Assembly (NCBI RefSeq): GCF_009914755.1
Contig: NC_060947.1
Source of the DNA: the human T2T-CHM13v2.0 reference genome, Homo sapiens
Reading direction: 5' to 3' (one strand)
Length of the DNA: 64,000 nt
Shown here: positions 13,142 to 27,379 of the stretch, one piece after another
How the letters are laid out: each line of letters begins with the position of its first letter
Numbering within the stretch: the first letter of the stretch is position 1
The notes under the pieces: generated by a model
Told to the model about the DNA's origin: nothing
Databases searched by the model: none
Seen by the model: only the letters and a program-made list of their open reading frames with translations
Made by a program: the position numbers and the translations under genes

Positions 13142-15402
13142 GGTTTTTCTTTTTCTTTTTCTTTTTTTTTTTTACTTTTAAGTTTAGGGGTACGTGTGCA
13201 GGATATGCAGGTTTGTTACATAGGTAAGCATGTGCCATGGGGTTTCTTGTACTAACTCTTTTATCACCCAGGTATTAAGCCTAGTATTCATTAGTTATTT
13301 TTCCTGATGCTCTCCCTCCTCCCACCTTCCACCTTCCAATAAGCCCCAGTATATGTTGTTCCCTTCTATGTGTCCATGTATTCTCATCATTTAGCTCCCA
13401 CTTATAAGTGAAAACATGCAGTATGTGGTTTTCTGTTCCTGTGTTAGTTTGCTAAGGATAATGTCCTCCAGCTCCACCCATGTCCCTGAAAAGGACATGA
13501 TCTCGTTCTTCTTTTATGGCTGCATAGTAGTCCATACTGTATATGTACTACATCCAGTCTGTCATTGATGGGCATTTGGGTTGATTCCATGTCTTCGCTA
13601 ATGTGAAGAGTGCTGCAGTGAACATATATATGCATGTGTCTTTATAATAGGAGGATTTATATCCCTTTGGGTACATACCCAGTAATGGATTACTAGGTCA
13701 AATGGTATTTCTGCCTGTAGGTCTTTGAGGAATCAGCACACTGTCTTCCACAACGGTTGGACTAATTTACACTCCCACCAATAGTGTATAACATTCCTTT
13801 TTCTCCACAACCTCGCCAGCATCTGTTATTTTTTTACTTTTTAATGATAGCCATTCTGACTGGTGTGACACAGTGTCTCATTTTGGTTCTGATTTGCATT
13901 TCTCTAATAATTACTATGTTGAGCTTTTCTTTATATGCTTGTTGGCTACACGTATGTCTTTTGCAATGTGCCCATTCATGTCCTTTTCCCCACTTTTTAA
14001 TGAGGTCGTTTTTTTTTTCTTTTAAATTTGTTTAAGCTCCTTATAGATCCTGGATATTAGACCCTTATCAGATGCATAGTTTGCAAAATTTTTCTCCCAT
14101 TCTATAGGTTGTCTGTTTACTCTGATGATAGTTTCTTTTGCTGTGCAGAAGCTCTTTAGTTTAATTAGATCACATTTGTCAATTTTTGGTTTTGTTGCAA
14201 TTACTTTTGGCATCTTTGTCATGAACTCTTTGCCCGCCCCTGTGTCCTACATGGTATTCCCTAGGTTGTCTTTTAGGGATTTTATAGTTTTGGGTTTTAC
14301 ATGTAAGTTTTGAATCTATCTTGAGTTAATTTTTGTATATGGTGTACAGAAGGGGTCCTTGACACCTACACCCTCCCAAGACTGAACCAGGAAGAAATTG
14401 AATCCCTGAACAGACCAATAATGAGTTCTGAAATTGAGGCAGTAATAAAAAGCCTATCAACCAAAATAAAGCCCAGGACCAGATTTATTCACAGCTGAAT
14501 TCTACTAGATGTACAAAGAAGAGCTGGTACTACTCCTGCTGAAACTATTCCAAAAACGTGAGGAAGTGAGACTCCTTCCTGTCTCATTCTGTGGGGTCAA
14601 CATCATCCTGACACCAAAGCCTGGCAGAGATTAAAAAAAAAAAACTTGAGGCCAATATCCTTGATGAATATCAATGCAAAAATCATCAACAAAATAATAG
14701 CAGACCAAATCCAGCAGCACATCAAAAAGCTTATCCACCACAATCAAGTAGGCTTCATCCCTGTGGTACAAGGTTGGTTCAACATATGCAAATCAATACA
14801 TGTGATTCATCACATAAACAGAGCTAAAGACAAAAACCACATGATTATCTCAATAGATGCAGAAAAGTCTTTCAATAAAATTCAGTATACCTTTATGTTA
14901 AAAAATTCTAATAAACTAGATATTAAAGGAACATACCTCAAAATAAAAAGAGCCATTTATGACAAACCCATCGCTAATATCATACTCAATGGGTGGAAGC
15001 TGGAAGAATTTCCCTTGAAAACTGGCACAAGACAAGGATGCCCTGTCTTATCACTCCTATTCAACATAGTATCGGAAGTTCTGGTCAGAGCAGTTAGACA
15101 TGAGAAAGAAATAAAGGGCATTCAAACAGGAGAGGTGAAGTCAAACTATCCCTGTTTACAGATAACATGATCCCATATCTAAAAAGCCTCATCGTCTCAG
15201 CCCAAAAGCTTCTAAGCTGACAAGCAACTTCAGCAAAGTCTCAGGATACAAAATCAATGTGCAAAAATCTCTAACATTCCTATACACCAACAACAGACAA
15301 GCCGAGAGCCAAATCACAAATGAACTCCCATTCCCAATTACCACAAAGAGAATAAAATACCTAGGAATACAACTAACAAGGGAAGTGAAAGACCTCTACA
15401 AG
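13142..15402 (-). mobile_element. 5'-inverted (twin-primed) older L1PA; 13142-14358 minus, 14359-15402 plus
   Basis: Poly-T, 3'UTR and ORF2 C-terminus on minus; RT-domain ORFs 14646-15170 and from 15259 on plus; gaaatgat on both flanks. Confidence 0.9.
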
Positions 15403-16698
15403 GAAATGATTTCTAAATTTCTTTTTCTGAGTATTCCTTGTTACTGTATAAAATGCAATTCATTTCTGCATATTGATTTTGATTTTTATCCTGTATCTTT
15501 TTTTGAATATATTAGTTCTAACAGTTGTATGTGTGTGCTTGTCCATGTGTGTGTCATCTTTAGGGCTTTTTACATAAATGATCATGTTATCTATGAACAG
15601 AGATAACTGACATCTTCTTTTTCAATTTGTCAGTTGGAACCCTGCCTGAGATTGGATGACGGAACATACATACATGGCTTCTACATGTGGCCTAGTCTTG
15701 CTTATAACCTAATAGCTAGAGTTACAAGGATGATCATCTGCAGAGAGAGATAGGGAGAGAGATAGTGCATTCAGGAGAAAGTATCACCTATTTCTAGAGT
15801 ACACTCAGAAGTCATATAGCATCACTTATTCCTTCAGCTCCACTTTATTTATAAGAAATGATTAACTAAGGTTAATACATAAACTGAAGCAGAATTAGAA
15901 TCCAACTTTTGATAAGAGAATTTGAAACATGTTGTAAAATTACCATACATGTCATATATTTTAACAAGAGAAAAGGATAAAGAGTATAGTTAATTGTATA
16001 GATGTTACGGCATGAAGTTAAGGTATACCTCACAAAATTGTATTTATTTCACTGATGATTTAGAGAGAAAGTCACCTGTTGAGAATGTAGAGGGAGGTGG
16101 CAGTTTCAGAGCTTAGGTGTTTGCTGAAGTACTGAGAAATTGATATTAAAAACTGGAAAATAATTTGAAGCATAAATTGGAAGTGATAATATTGCCCAGT
16201 TATTTGGGAATTTCTTAGTGGTGTTTATCAAGCATAACTCTTTAGAACTAAACAGACTACAAGTCCAAGATAGAGACTACAGCCAATTAGTGCAGGTATT
16301 TCTTCAGGATTTATGAAAGTGTAGATGTCTGAATAAGGTTGATGATAGAGAATACGGAGACAAATACAGAAATCAAATAACAAGGCTGAAGCTAGAAACA
16401 AAAAAGGAAGGAAACTAAGTCGAATAAAGTATGAACGCTGAACACCAATTTGGGACAGAAACACTGTGGTGAATTTCCAGAAGTGATCCAAGAATAATGC
16501 AGAGTTCAGAACTTGCTATCCATCGTTGTTTAGTATCTAGTCAGATAAAAAGACCTGAACTATTGTGTCTGATAAATTCCAGTGCAGTCCTTAACATTAA
16601 TCTAAACTGAACCAACAAAATTAGGAATCAGTTCATCAAGCATAGTGAGGAGATATATACATACATATAATCAGTTATATATAACAGTACCTTATATA

Positions 16699-16701
16699 TG
16701 T

Positions 16702-16737
<36 letters not shown>

Positions 16738-16842
16738 TACAGTTCTATAATATCATAAAAGGCCTTTTTTCTGTCTTTGGAGTTTGAACCCTTCCCTCCT
16801 ACTCACTAGCTACCTACACACACACACACACACACACACACA
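16699..16842. repeat. (TG)n and (CA)n microsatellites
   Basis: (TG)n at 16699-16735 and (CA)n at 16816-16842. Confidence 0.95.
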
Positions 16843-17278
16843 GGCACACGTACAAAGGAGAAGCATGAGTATTCTAAGGATCTCTTACAATGAATATTAT
16901 ATTTTCCTGAGGCGATATGATAATGAGAATTTGCTTGAATCTATATAACATTCCCTTATTCTCATTGACTGCTGGGGAAAATATGCAATAGAGAAAACAA
17001 GGAGCCAAATCAAGAATAAATCACTACAGTTAGCTAGGATCAACAAACTAAAAAAGAGAAGAGTAGAAAAAGAGTCAAAGACTAACATGCTGATTATTCC
17101 CTGTTCCAGTCCAAAAAAACAGGGGCCACTAGAATACACAGACCTAGATAATCTTTGGTATATAGTGCTTAATTAAATTCAATATATTTCGTAGTTTGAG
17201 AAACCTATAGGAATTCTAGTGGTCAACAAGTTAATAAAAATTATTCATAATTCAACTTTATCTGTTATATCAGCAAAC

Positions 17279-17479
17279 CTTTATATACATTTCTAAATGT
17301 GACACCCAATGTTTTACACTCTCCTTTTTTCGTTAGAAACTAAAGAGGATTTTAAAAACATTTCACTTTGGGCTATTTATCATATTTCAATATACATATC
17401 CAGATAAATTGCCATTTTTCACATTTATGCATTTTAACATTTTATGCCTCTTGGGAAAGTTCAACAAAATATTTTCTGA
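17279..17479 (-). pseudogene. Possible fossil exon (201 nt, phase 0-0)
   Basis: atttttaag|TCA ... AAG|gtttgc; reads SENILLNFPKRHKMLKCINVKNGNLSGYVY*...KHWVSHLEMYIK. Confidence 0.35.
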
Positions 17480-17807
17480 CTTAAAAATATTGCTTTAATT
17501 TTCCTGTGTAGCTTATGGTAATGTTTTATTGTTTCATTGTCACATAAAATCTACCTTTATATTCATATCATGTTGTGTATATGCATTTTCAGATGTCTAG
17601 TGACAAAAACAAAATGTTAGCCAACACTACTAAGCAGAATAAGCTGGAAATTTAGAGTTGTCACTTAGTTATACTTTGTGACTTCAAACAAGTTTTAAAA
17701 GGTTTGTGCTTTATTTTTCTCACCTATACAATGAGCATGCTAAAACTAGCCCTTCTTATTTTATAACATCATAAAAATTAAAAATGACAATACATTTAAA
17801 AGATGTC

Positions 17808-18574
<767 letters not shown>

Positions 18575-19446
18575 ACCAATATTTGTATATTCTAATGTTC
18601 TTTTAAAATATAAGTAATATTTTCATAGATAATAAGTAGAACTATTTAAAATAATAAATAAAATATGAGAAGGTAAAATTTTAAGTCAGATAAAAGAGTT
18701 TTCCGTGCACAAATAAATGTTCAGTTAAAAGTCAAAGTGAAAGTATTGCCTAACTTTTCTTAACAGAGCGTGTAGAAAACAGTTTTTCTGACTTGCTTCT
18801 CTGAAATTTCCTAAAAGCAACAGATACCAACTAGTTTGCCTTGAATTCTACGGCCATTCCTCTTTTTCATTAATAGATAGCAGGCGCCCATGTAGCTGAT
18901 TCTTGTTCAAGAAGTCAGAGACTACTCTGGCTCATATAAACCATGCAAAGACGTTTGGTCTCATATGACTACCAGCATCATGGGAGCAGGTTCATGGTAT
19001 CTTTCGACCCCTCTCTCCTACACATTATTAGAAGCCCCTCCCAATAAATCTACACCTTTATAAACAAAGCAACAATACCCCATAATAAGTCAATGATGTA
19101 TTTCAGGGCAGTTAGCAGTATAGAAGATGCTTGTCCTCAGTTATCTCCTATAAATCACCATATTTATTATAAGCAATTTTTCCTACTTATAAGCAATTTT
19201 ACTCTGCCCTATCTCAGGATTATATTAAGAGGGTGGAGAGGTAATGGATCTTTCCCCATATAATATATAAAATAAATGTCACTGAAGACTCTTAAGTCAG
19301 ATTAGAAAACAAACAAAATGTTTCTGTATGAGTAGAGGCAGGGGCATTCTCAATAATAAACTTCTTAAATTACGAATATGAGGGAGAAAATTAAGGAAGC
19401 CCTAGAAAGTCTCTAACTCTCATGCTTAAAACTCAAAGCAGTTTAC

Positions 19447-19730
19447 TAAAATTCTATTTAAGCTTTAGAAATCCAAAATAGCTTTCTGGTTGTTCTTCCC
19501 ATGGTCGAATGAGAACATTGATAATACTGGCTAAATGCTGAGACCGTGCTTTTCTTTGTCATCATTTCAGGGCTTTGCAGTTAATCACAGCAACAAACCT
19601 ACACAGCCAGTACTTTTAGTACCCCAGTACTTTACATAAGCACCCCGAGGCTCAATGATATAAAGTCATTTTATTCATGTAACTTGTTTATTGAAGAATT
19701 TTAATTGAGAAGAATATAAATAATTACTGC
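19447..19730 (-). pseudogene. Fossil exon
   Basis: Strong acceptor tcttttatttcag|GC; reads SNYLYSSQLKFFNKQVT*IK*LYIIEPRGAYVKYWGTKSTGCVGLLL*L; 3' end uncertain. Confidence 0.45.
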
Positions 19731-20342
19731 CTGAAATAAAAGATTATTAATACCCTGTTCTCTTAATAATATTTTCTGCACCTTCAGTTGAATCTCTTTC
19801 ATGTCTTCTTTCCCAGTGCAGGTTTGATGGAGGACCCTGACTGCCTATAGTGGTTGAAGGTAGCAAGATCATCTTGTAGGCATCTCCTACCCCTATCTCC
19901 AACTCTCTTCAATGGTCAGAGAGTTGACATGAGAAAGAAAAGGCCTTTTTATTTAGCTCACAGTGGTTATAATTCCCTCTCCTTTCTTGCTTATTACTGC
20001 TTCTTTGGCTGGTGCTGACTGATATCTTTGTGGCAAGTATTCGAAAGCAGTCTTTTTGTGGAGGCACATCCTTAAGGGATTCTTGATCCACAATTCCTTG
20101 GATTTCTAATTTTGTTGGTTCAGTTTGTATTAATGTTAAAGACTGCACTGGAATCTTTCAGAGCCAATTCAGGTCTTTTTATGACAATGGACTCCAAAAA
20201 ATGATGGAAAGCAATCCCCGAGCTCTTTATTTCTTTTAAATCAGTTTTTCTAGCAATTTACCACACTGCTTCTTTCCGCCATTGGCCCTAAGCCTTGATA
20301 CACTATACCACTTTCCTTTCCTTTTTATTTCTAGCATAAGCT

Positions 20343-20836
20343 CATGAAAGTTGTCAGAATCAAAATGAAATCACTTGTATCAAACCCTGACAAAAGTAAA
20401 TAAAGAATTCCAGGAGGCTGAGGAAGGAGGGCCCTTATGCATACATCTTTATGGTAAAAACCATTACAAAGACTCTCCAAAGAGCTCTTACACACACATG
20501 CCTGTAATGAGAACTTTTGCCAAGGACTTTCTAAACTGCAGCTTGCTGCATGAGTCACAAGGATAGCCAGCCGGATACACAAAAAAGCTTGCCTGATACA
20601 TTCTCTCCACTAATGAACTGGCAACAACTACTGTGATAAGACCCTGTAACGAGTGCTGTCTTTGTTTCAGAGAAAATTAAGTGTCTTTCTTTTGCCTTTA
20701 AAATATCACCCTCTTGCCTCAACCACTTTGAATATGCATATGGTCCCCATAGCCTATATATCCCGATTTTCAAATTCCCTGCACGCTCTCAAATAAACTC
20801 AATATCACTGGAGAATCTCTGTGATTTAGGTTGACA
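20343..20836 (+). mobile_element. MER65-like ERV1 solo LTR
   Basis: tgaaagttgtcagaatcaaaatg...aataaa...tttaggttgaca; 4-bp TSD agct/agcc. Confidence 0.75.
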
Positions 20837-21444
20837 AGCCTTGCTATTTGATTTCCTGCATTTGTCTCTGTACTATCATGGCCTTTGTTCGGACACACAC
20901 TTCCATTAATCTTGGAGAGACAACCTGTGCTAATTGCCTGCAGTCCCCATCCTTGAGCTTGTAACCTGGATACTTCCAATGAGTACAGTACACCTGAATG
21001 ATTTGCCTCCAATTCTCTTCAATCACTCATACTTACTCCAAACCCAAATCCTAGCTCCTACCATAAGAGCATTCCACAGAGTTCCTAAAGTCACCTTGAG
21101 TGACAGACTGCCAGCCATCTTGGGAAAGATACCAGCAAGATGGCACAAACCCAGTTACCTGACCTGGTGTTCACTTGCCATCCAAAACAGGGAATCCAGA
21201 CTGATTTATTGTCTCTGCCTCTCTATGACCTGACAACTCTCCTTTTTACTTCCCTACTTGCATAAACACATGGACAGATTAGTGAACCTGATCCATTAGC
21301 AGACATCAAGGTGATTAATAGAAAGACAATGTCTTCCTTCGTAATATACTTTCAATCTCCGTCGGTGATTCCCTTTGAACTTTTTCCTTTTATATGGCCT
21401 CGAATTTGGGAACTAGCCTTTCATCATACTTTGTTTTCACTCCT

Positions 21445-21745
21445 GCTACATAAAAACCACTCCAAAAGCTAGTGGCAGAAAACAGCAATTTTTAAACAGT
21501 TTTTGTCTAAGTTGGGCAGACATGGTGGCAGGTGGCTGGAATCACCTGAAGGTCTCTTAATTCATATGACCAGTAGTTAATGCTGTAAAGCTGGGGCTGT
21601 AAGCCAGAGCACCTACATTAGGACTCTCCTTGTGGCCTGAAATTCATCACAGCATGCTGGCCTCAGAATTTTTACATGGTGGCTCAGGGATCCAAATGCA
21701 AGTAGACAAGGCAAATAGCTAGGGAGAACCAGACAGAAGTTCCAT

Positions 21746-21782
<37 letters not shown>

Positions 21783-21920
21783 CATGAGAGTTCTACTGTT
21801 TCACTTCTGCCACATTCTACTGGTTATAAGCAAGTCACTGAGGTCAGTCAGCTCAGATCAAGGAAATTAACATCTCAATGGGAGGAGTGTCAAAGAATCT
21901 GCAGATATGTTTTAAAACCA
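21445..21920 (-). mobile_element. Old MLT1 LTR containing a T33 tract (21748-21780)
   Basis: MLT1-type ends (aaccactccaaaagctagtggc; tttaaaaccatca). Confidence 0.55.
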
Positions 21921-22119
21921 TCAGTCAACAATTCTGACATTTTCTACTCCATATCTCCATGCCTAAGACTTTTTTATACAGACCAGAAGAACGAATGGAT
22001 TTAGATAGTGCATAAAGGGACTGGGTCAGCTTGGCAATCACTTAAGGTCCAAGAGGAGGTGTGTGGCCCCAGGCTTAGGCAGTCCTCTTTAGAATTCAGA
22101 GTACTTATTTATTTTTAAA

Positions 22120-23470
22120 TATTTTTATTTATCAGTTTTATTGAAATAGAATTCTAACACCATGTAATTAACTCATTTGAAGCATACAATTCAATGGTTT
22201 TACATTCACACAATTATGCAGCCATCACCACAATCAATCTTTAACATTTTCATCACTCCAAAAAGAAACCACATACCCATTAGCAGTCACTCCCCATTAC
22301 TCCCAATCCCAGCTCCTGGAAACCACTAATCTATTCTGTCTCTAAAGATTTGCCTTTTCTGTCTATTTGATGTAATTGGCATCATATAATATGTGGTATT
22401 TTCTAACTGACTTCTTTCACTTAGCTTAATATTTTCAGGGTTACAACAGGTTTCCCTGTTGTAGCCTGTGTCAGTACTCTGTTACTTTTTATGACAGAAT
22501 AACATCCCATTATATGGATATATAACACTTTGTTTATCCATTCATCTGTTTGTGGACAGTTGGGTTGTTTCCAGTTTTTAGCTATTATGAACAATTCTGC
22601 TATGAACATTCAAGTACGAGTTTTTGTGTAGACATATGATTTCATTTATTTTGGGTATATACCTAGGAGTGGAATTGCTGGGTCATATGGTAACTCTATA
22701 TTTAACTTTTTGAGGAATTGCCAGAGGGTTTTCCACAACAGCTGCATCATTTTACATTCCCACCAGCAGTATGTGAGGGTCCAATTTATCCATGTTCTCA
22801 CCAAAGCGTGTTATTATATTTCTTTTTGATTATAGCTATCCTGGCAGGTGTGAAGTGGCATTTTATTTTGGTTTTCATTTGCCTTTCCCCGATGGTCAAT
22901 GATTTTGAGTATTTTATTATGTTCTTATTGGCCATTTATTTATCTTCTTTAAAAAATGTCTATTTAAATATTTTGATCATTTTAAACTAGTTCATTTGTT
23001 CTGTTTTGTTTATAATTATTGGATTATAAGAGTTCATGTATGTCGAAGCCAGTTCCCTATCAAGTATATGATTAGCATTTTGTCCCATATTGTGGTTGTC
23101 ACTTCACTTTCTCTATGATGCACTTTCAAGCACAAACATTTTAATTTTGATGACATCCACTTTATGTGTTTGTTATCTTTTGTCATTTATGCTTTTGGTG
23201 TCATATATAAGAAACCATTTCCTAATTCAAGGTCACCAATGTTCAATTCTATGTTTTCTTCTAAGAGTTCTATAGTTTCACATTTTATATTTAGGTCTAT
23301 CATCCATTTTATATTTGAGTATGGATGTCTAATTCTCTCAGGACCATTAGTTGAAAAAAGGTATTCTTTCCACTGTTGTTAATTTATCATGGCACCCTTA
23401 TCAAATATCAATTGACTATAATATAAGGGTGCGTTGGTGGACTCTACATTTTATTCCAATAATCTATATG
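22120..23470 (-). mobile_element. L1MB-type 3' fragment
   Basis: ORF 22421-22609 MFIAELFIIAKNWKQPNCP matches the ORF2p C-terminus; 3'UTR present. Confidence 0.85.
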
Positions 23471-23681
23471 TACTTATTTCTCTTTTGCTTCAGCTGTGGA
23501 GCCTAGTCACCAATCCCCTACCCGCCTCGAAAAATAAGAAGATGCAAATTCAACATATGTAACCATAACACTATACCATGTTGGTACACTCATGAATTGA
23601 GATGCATGCCAAGCCATGGCCCAAAGGGAGATTCAAAAGCCAAGTGAGGCTTAATTCCACTTCAATAATAAGCGTTGCCTA

Positions 23682-23940
23682 GGCCAGGTGAGGTGATTTA
23701 CACCTGTAATCCTAACACTTCAGGAGGCCAAGGCAAGAGGATCACTTGAGACCAAGAGTTAGGCATGGTAGCATGCACCTATAGTCCCAGTTACTCTGGA
23801 GGCTGAGGTGAGAAGTTCTTTTGAGCCCAGGAGTTCTAGGCTGCAGTGAGCCACGAGTGCACCACTGCTTTCCAGCCTGTGCCACCGTGAGAGATCCTGC
23901 CTCAAAAAAAAAAAAAAATAATAATAATAAAATAAAAAAA
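23682..23940 (+). mobile_element. AluJ-like, internally deleted
   Basis: Diverged Alu lacking the middle A-rich region; A-tail present. Confidence 0.85.
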
Positions 23941-24267
23941 GCCTAGATCATAATGTTCCTAGGCAGAGGATGAATCATCTGTGGAAAATCTGAATTAATC
24001 ACATTGGCCTATGTTTTTTAAACTGGCCAAGCAAAATATAAGAGTGGCTTAGCCTGAGTTACTTCTCTTAGCAACCAGCTTCCTCTTTGTAGTTCAGTGA
24101 GGCTAACCCCTGGCCAAAGTTTTTCTACCTTTAATCTCAATTTTCATGACTAGGAGAATAAAATATATTCAGTCCTGAAAACCTGATTTCAACCTCAAAT
24201 TGAACTAAACCACCACTTCCCAAATTATGCCATTTATCTATAAACAAATTGAGCCTGGCAGCTCAAC

Positions 24268-24413
24268 CACAATGTGAGGCTCTACACAGAGAATTCCTGC
24301 ATTGAAGCAATTTAGCAGACTTCATCGCTGACAATAAAGTGCTTTTGTCAAAATCAAGTCTTTAATTTCATCATTGCAGATAAATTGCTTAAGCTGCAAT
24401 CCAATAGTAAAAG
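24268..24413 (-). pseudogene. Fossil exon with frameshift
   Basis: tttcaatttgtag|CT; reads (A)FTIGLQLKQFICNDEIKDL, then shifts to DFDKSTLLSAMKSAKLLQC; donor uncertain. Confidence 0.45.
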
Positions 24414-24723
24414 CTACAAATTGAAACTCATTTAAAAAGAATGTAACCAATTAGTTGAACAAATGGACATTAGATTTTGGTGAGAGAATACCTAAGGTCA
24501 ATGCAAGAGTGGGACATTACAATACTGGATAAAAGAAAAAAAACTAGAAGCGTGCAAAAAAAGGAAGGCTAAGGTTGAAAAAAATTATGTGATTTTTAAA
24601 ATATTTAGCAATATGTGCACAAAATATTTATACAATGACGTTTACAAGCTATTTTTGCACCACACATTTGTATACATGCACAGTGTATCAGGGACATAAA
24701 TGATCCTTGCCAGTATAGCTCAC

Positions 24724-24835
24724 CCAATTTAAGAATCATTTTTGAAGAAAGCCAGTATTTTAACAAAGGAGTTACATTTTCGAAGTTTGTTATGATCATG
24801 GGATAGCTCTGTTCATGTCTAGGTGTTTGTACTGC
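24724..24835 (-). pseudogene. Fossil exon, still open (112 nt, phase 0-1)
   Basis: acacatatag|GCA ... TTGG|gtgagc; reads AVQTPRHEQSYPMIITNFENVTPLLKYWLSSKMILKL; in phase with both neighbouring exons. Confidence 0.55.
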
Positions 24836-25125
24836 CTATATGTGTAAATTTACCTAGTAGCAGCTAACCTCAATTTCTTTCAAAATTCCTAATGACCTGA
24901 TGGCCCAAACCACACTATGAACAATGATTTATTTGTATAATTTAATCAGTTATCTATGACTTCAAATAGGGAAATTACACAATCTTCGGCCCAAATAAGA
25001 AGCTATCTATTTGCTTATCACAGAAAAATTTTATTGAGAAGTAACATACAGATAATATCTGCTAATAGGCTCAATATCAAGTCCTGCATAAATCAGACAT
25101 TGCTTGGCAATTAAGTTTATAAATG

Positions 25126-25491
25126 CAGATGCTCCTTGACTTATGATGGGGTTACATCTTGATAAAGCCATCATAAATTGAAAATATCGTAAGTTGAAAA
25201 TGCATTTAACACACCTAACTTGCTGAATATTATAGCTTAGTCTAGCCTACCTTAAATATGCTCAGAACATTTACATTAGCCTACAGTTGGGCAAAATCAT
25301 CTAACACAATGCCTATTTTACAATATAAAGTGTTGAATATCTCCAGTAATTTATTGAATATTATACAGAAAGTGAAAAACAGAACGGTTTTATGGGTACT
25401 CGAAGTGCAGTTTCTACGAAATGTGTATCACTTTCACATCATCATAAAGTCAAAAAATTATGTGGAGACATCATAAGTCAGAGACCTTCTG
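25126..25491 (+). mobile_element. MER47A/Tigger5-type MITE
   Basis: TIRs cagatgctccttgactta / taagtcagagaccttctg; 3' TA; 366 bp. Confidence 0.8.
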
Positions 25492-26680
25492 TACTCACTT
25501 GCAAGCTATATAAGTATAGCCTAATTCTCTCAAAGTTCTCCAGGCCATATATATAAATAAAGGAAATATTAATATGATTGATTACATTTTATTCTTCCTC
25601 TTACTTGCCTATGCTGGTTACTCAAGCCACTCAAAGTCTTACCCAGTGTTGGGGTCCAAAGTGGTGTCTCATATGGCTCATGTTCTGCTCTGGACTACTT
25701 TCTTGATGATGATTACAATAGAAGACACTTGGAGGTAGCAAGACACCACTGCCAAGACTGATATGGTGAAAAAGACACAGTTGATATCCTCACAGACATA
25801 CAAACTTGTTGAATCCAACCATTGTTTTGTTTTCTTTATCAGGAAGAGTGTCTCTTTTCCCCCACTACTTCATCACATAGGTACTAGGTATAGTGATCAT
25901 ACAGTTTATTGTCAAAGCTGTGGTAAATGGGAGTGCTAAACAATTGGGACATCAGGTCAATAGAATAATGCGCGACTGTGCAGGGCAAAATAGGACATAT
26001 GATCATCCTCCTACTAGATCTCTGCTGCATGGGCTCCCATTTCTTACAGGGTCCCTGGTCGAAAAAGCACCTGTACGTTCTGCCTAGATTTTAGTCTCAA
26101 TTGGCTTATATAGGAGTTGATGTATCCCAGGATAATAAAACAATGACAGAGAGGTCACCATTGGCTTTTCCAATGTGCTCCACCCCAAGTTCCCCCATAA
26201 AAAGTGAAGCACTTTTTTCCTTGTTCTCATTTAGGCTGGAATTCTCATTTCACAAATTGTCTCCTGGTGATGTGCAGTCCACCACCTTTGTAGACCTGTC
26301 TGGGCACAGCTCAATTTCCATTTAGAATTAAGAGTAGTCCCCTCCTATATTAATACAAATTTGGATTAAAATGAGCTTAGGCATAAAAATCTCATATTCA
26401 TGCATTTACAAATAAGTACATTCAAACCTATATACATACATACTATATATATATATATATATATATATTCCCTTTTATCTATAGACCCAAAAGAGGGAAT
26501 CAGTGAATCAGTGAACAGAGGAAGGCAAGGAAGAAAAAGACACTAAAAATACTAAAAGTGAGGGACAGAAAATAAAAGCATTCTCAAAAATCATCAATGC
26601 TGAACCCAGCACTTCAGAATTATTGAATAGAGGAGAAATTTTATAAAAGTAGTTTTAAAGAAATATGTCAACTCAGAAAC

Positions 26681-26844
26681 CTGGAGCCACTTATTAGTTT
26701 TTGGAGTGAAAACTTTTGAATCAAAAATAGGCAAGTAAACATTATCTTGTATTCCTTTCAGCACACTGATGATATTTTGTAGTGTGATGGATTGAAGTTG
26801 TTTCAGATATTCTACAATTTCAGTGATTTTCACCCACTGAGACT
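26681..26844 (-). pseudogene. Fossil exon, still open (164 nt)
   Basis: cctttatctgaatag|AG ... CAG|gtttct (weak donor); reads SQWVKITEIVEYLKQLQSITLQNIISVLKGIQDNVYLPIFDSKVFTPKTNKWLQ with no stops. Confidence 0.5.
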
Positions 26845-27379
26845 CTATTCAGATAAAGGGATCAATCTAAATTCTGATGGTTAAGAATTGTTTGTGCCAC
26901 TTTTCAATCACATTTCAAGAAATCAACTGAATATACCAAATAATTCCAAAGCACTTTTGTCCTATCTCAACCCTTTGGATGTGGGTTTCAGTGGGACCAA
27001 ATTTTAAATTTTAATCCTTTTTTTTTTTTTAGCACAAAGTAGAAAGAAAGTTATTAATAGAAATTGTAAGACAAAAATCAGAGAATTGTCATATCATATC
27101 TTGGATTTTAAAAGTGTTTGAAACAGCTGTAAAGAAGCATTTTCACATTTTTTTAATTTGTTAAGGATTATATAATCTAATGTATTCCAGCTTCTTTTGT
27201 TTATTTTTTATATATTATCAGGAAGATCTGAATAAAATAAAGATTCTTCTTAATCCTACCTAATAGTGATTATGCCTTATACTACATACTTTCAACACTC
27301 TGGTTCTAATCAGTCCATTGTTTTGAGAACAGGAAGAGGAATTGGAATGTTTTAAAATGAATGGGTTTTATAAAGCCTT

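Noticed and set aside
14646-15170. Reverse transcriptase ORF as a possible novel RT system
   Set aside because: Ordinary L1 ORF2p fragment, truncated and frameshifted.
20331-21012. Overlapping minus-strand ORFs that looked like a processed pseudogene (e.g. RFSSDIEFI, SLC6-like)
   Set aside because: They lie mostly within the MER65-like LTR, which has defined ends and a TSD; the similarity is chance.
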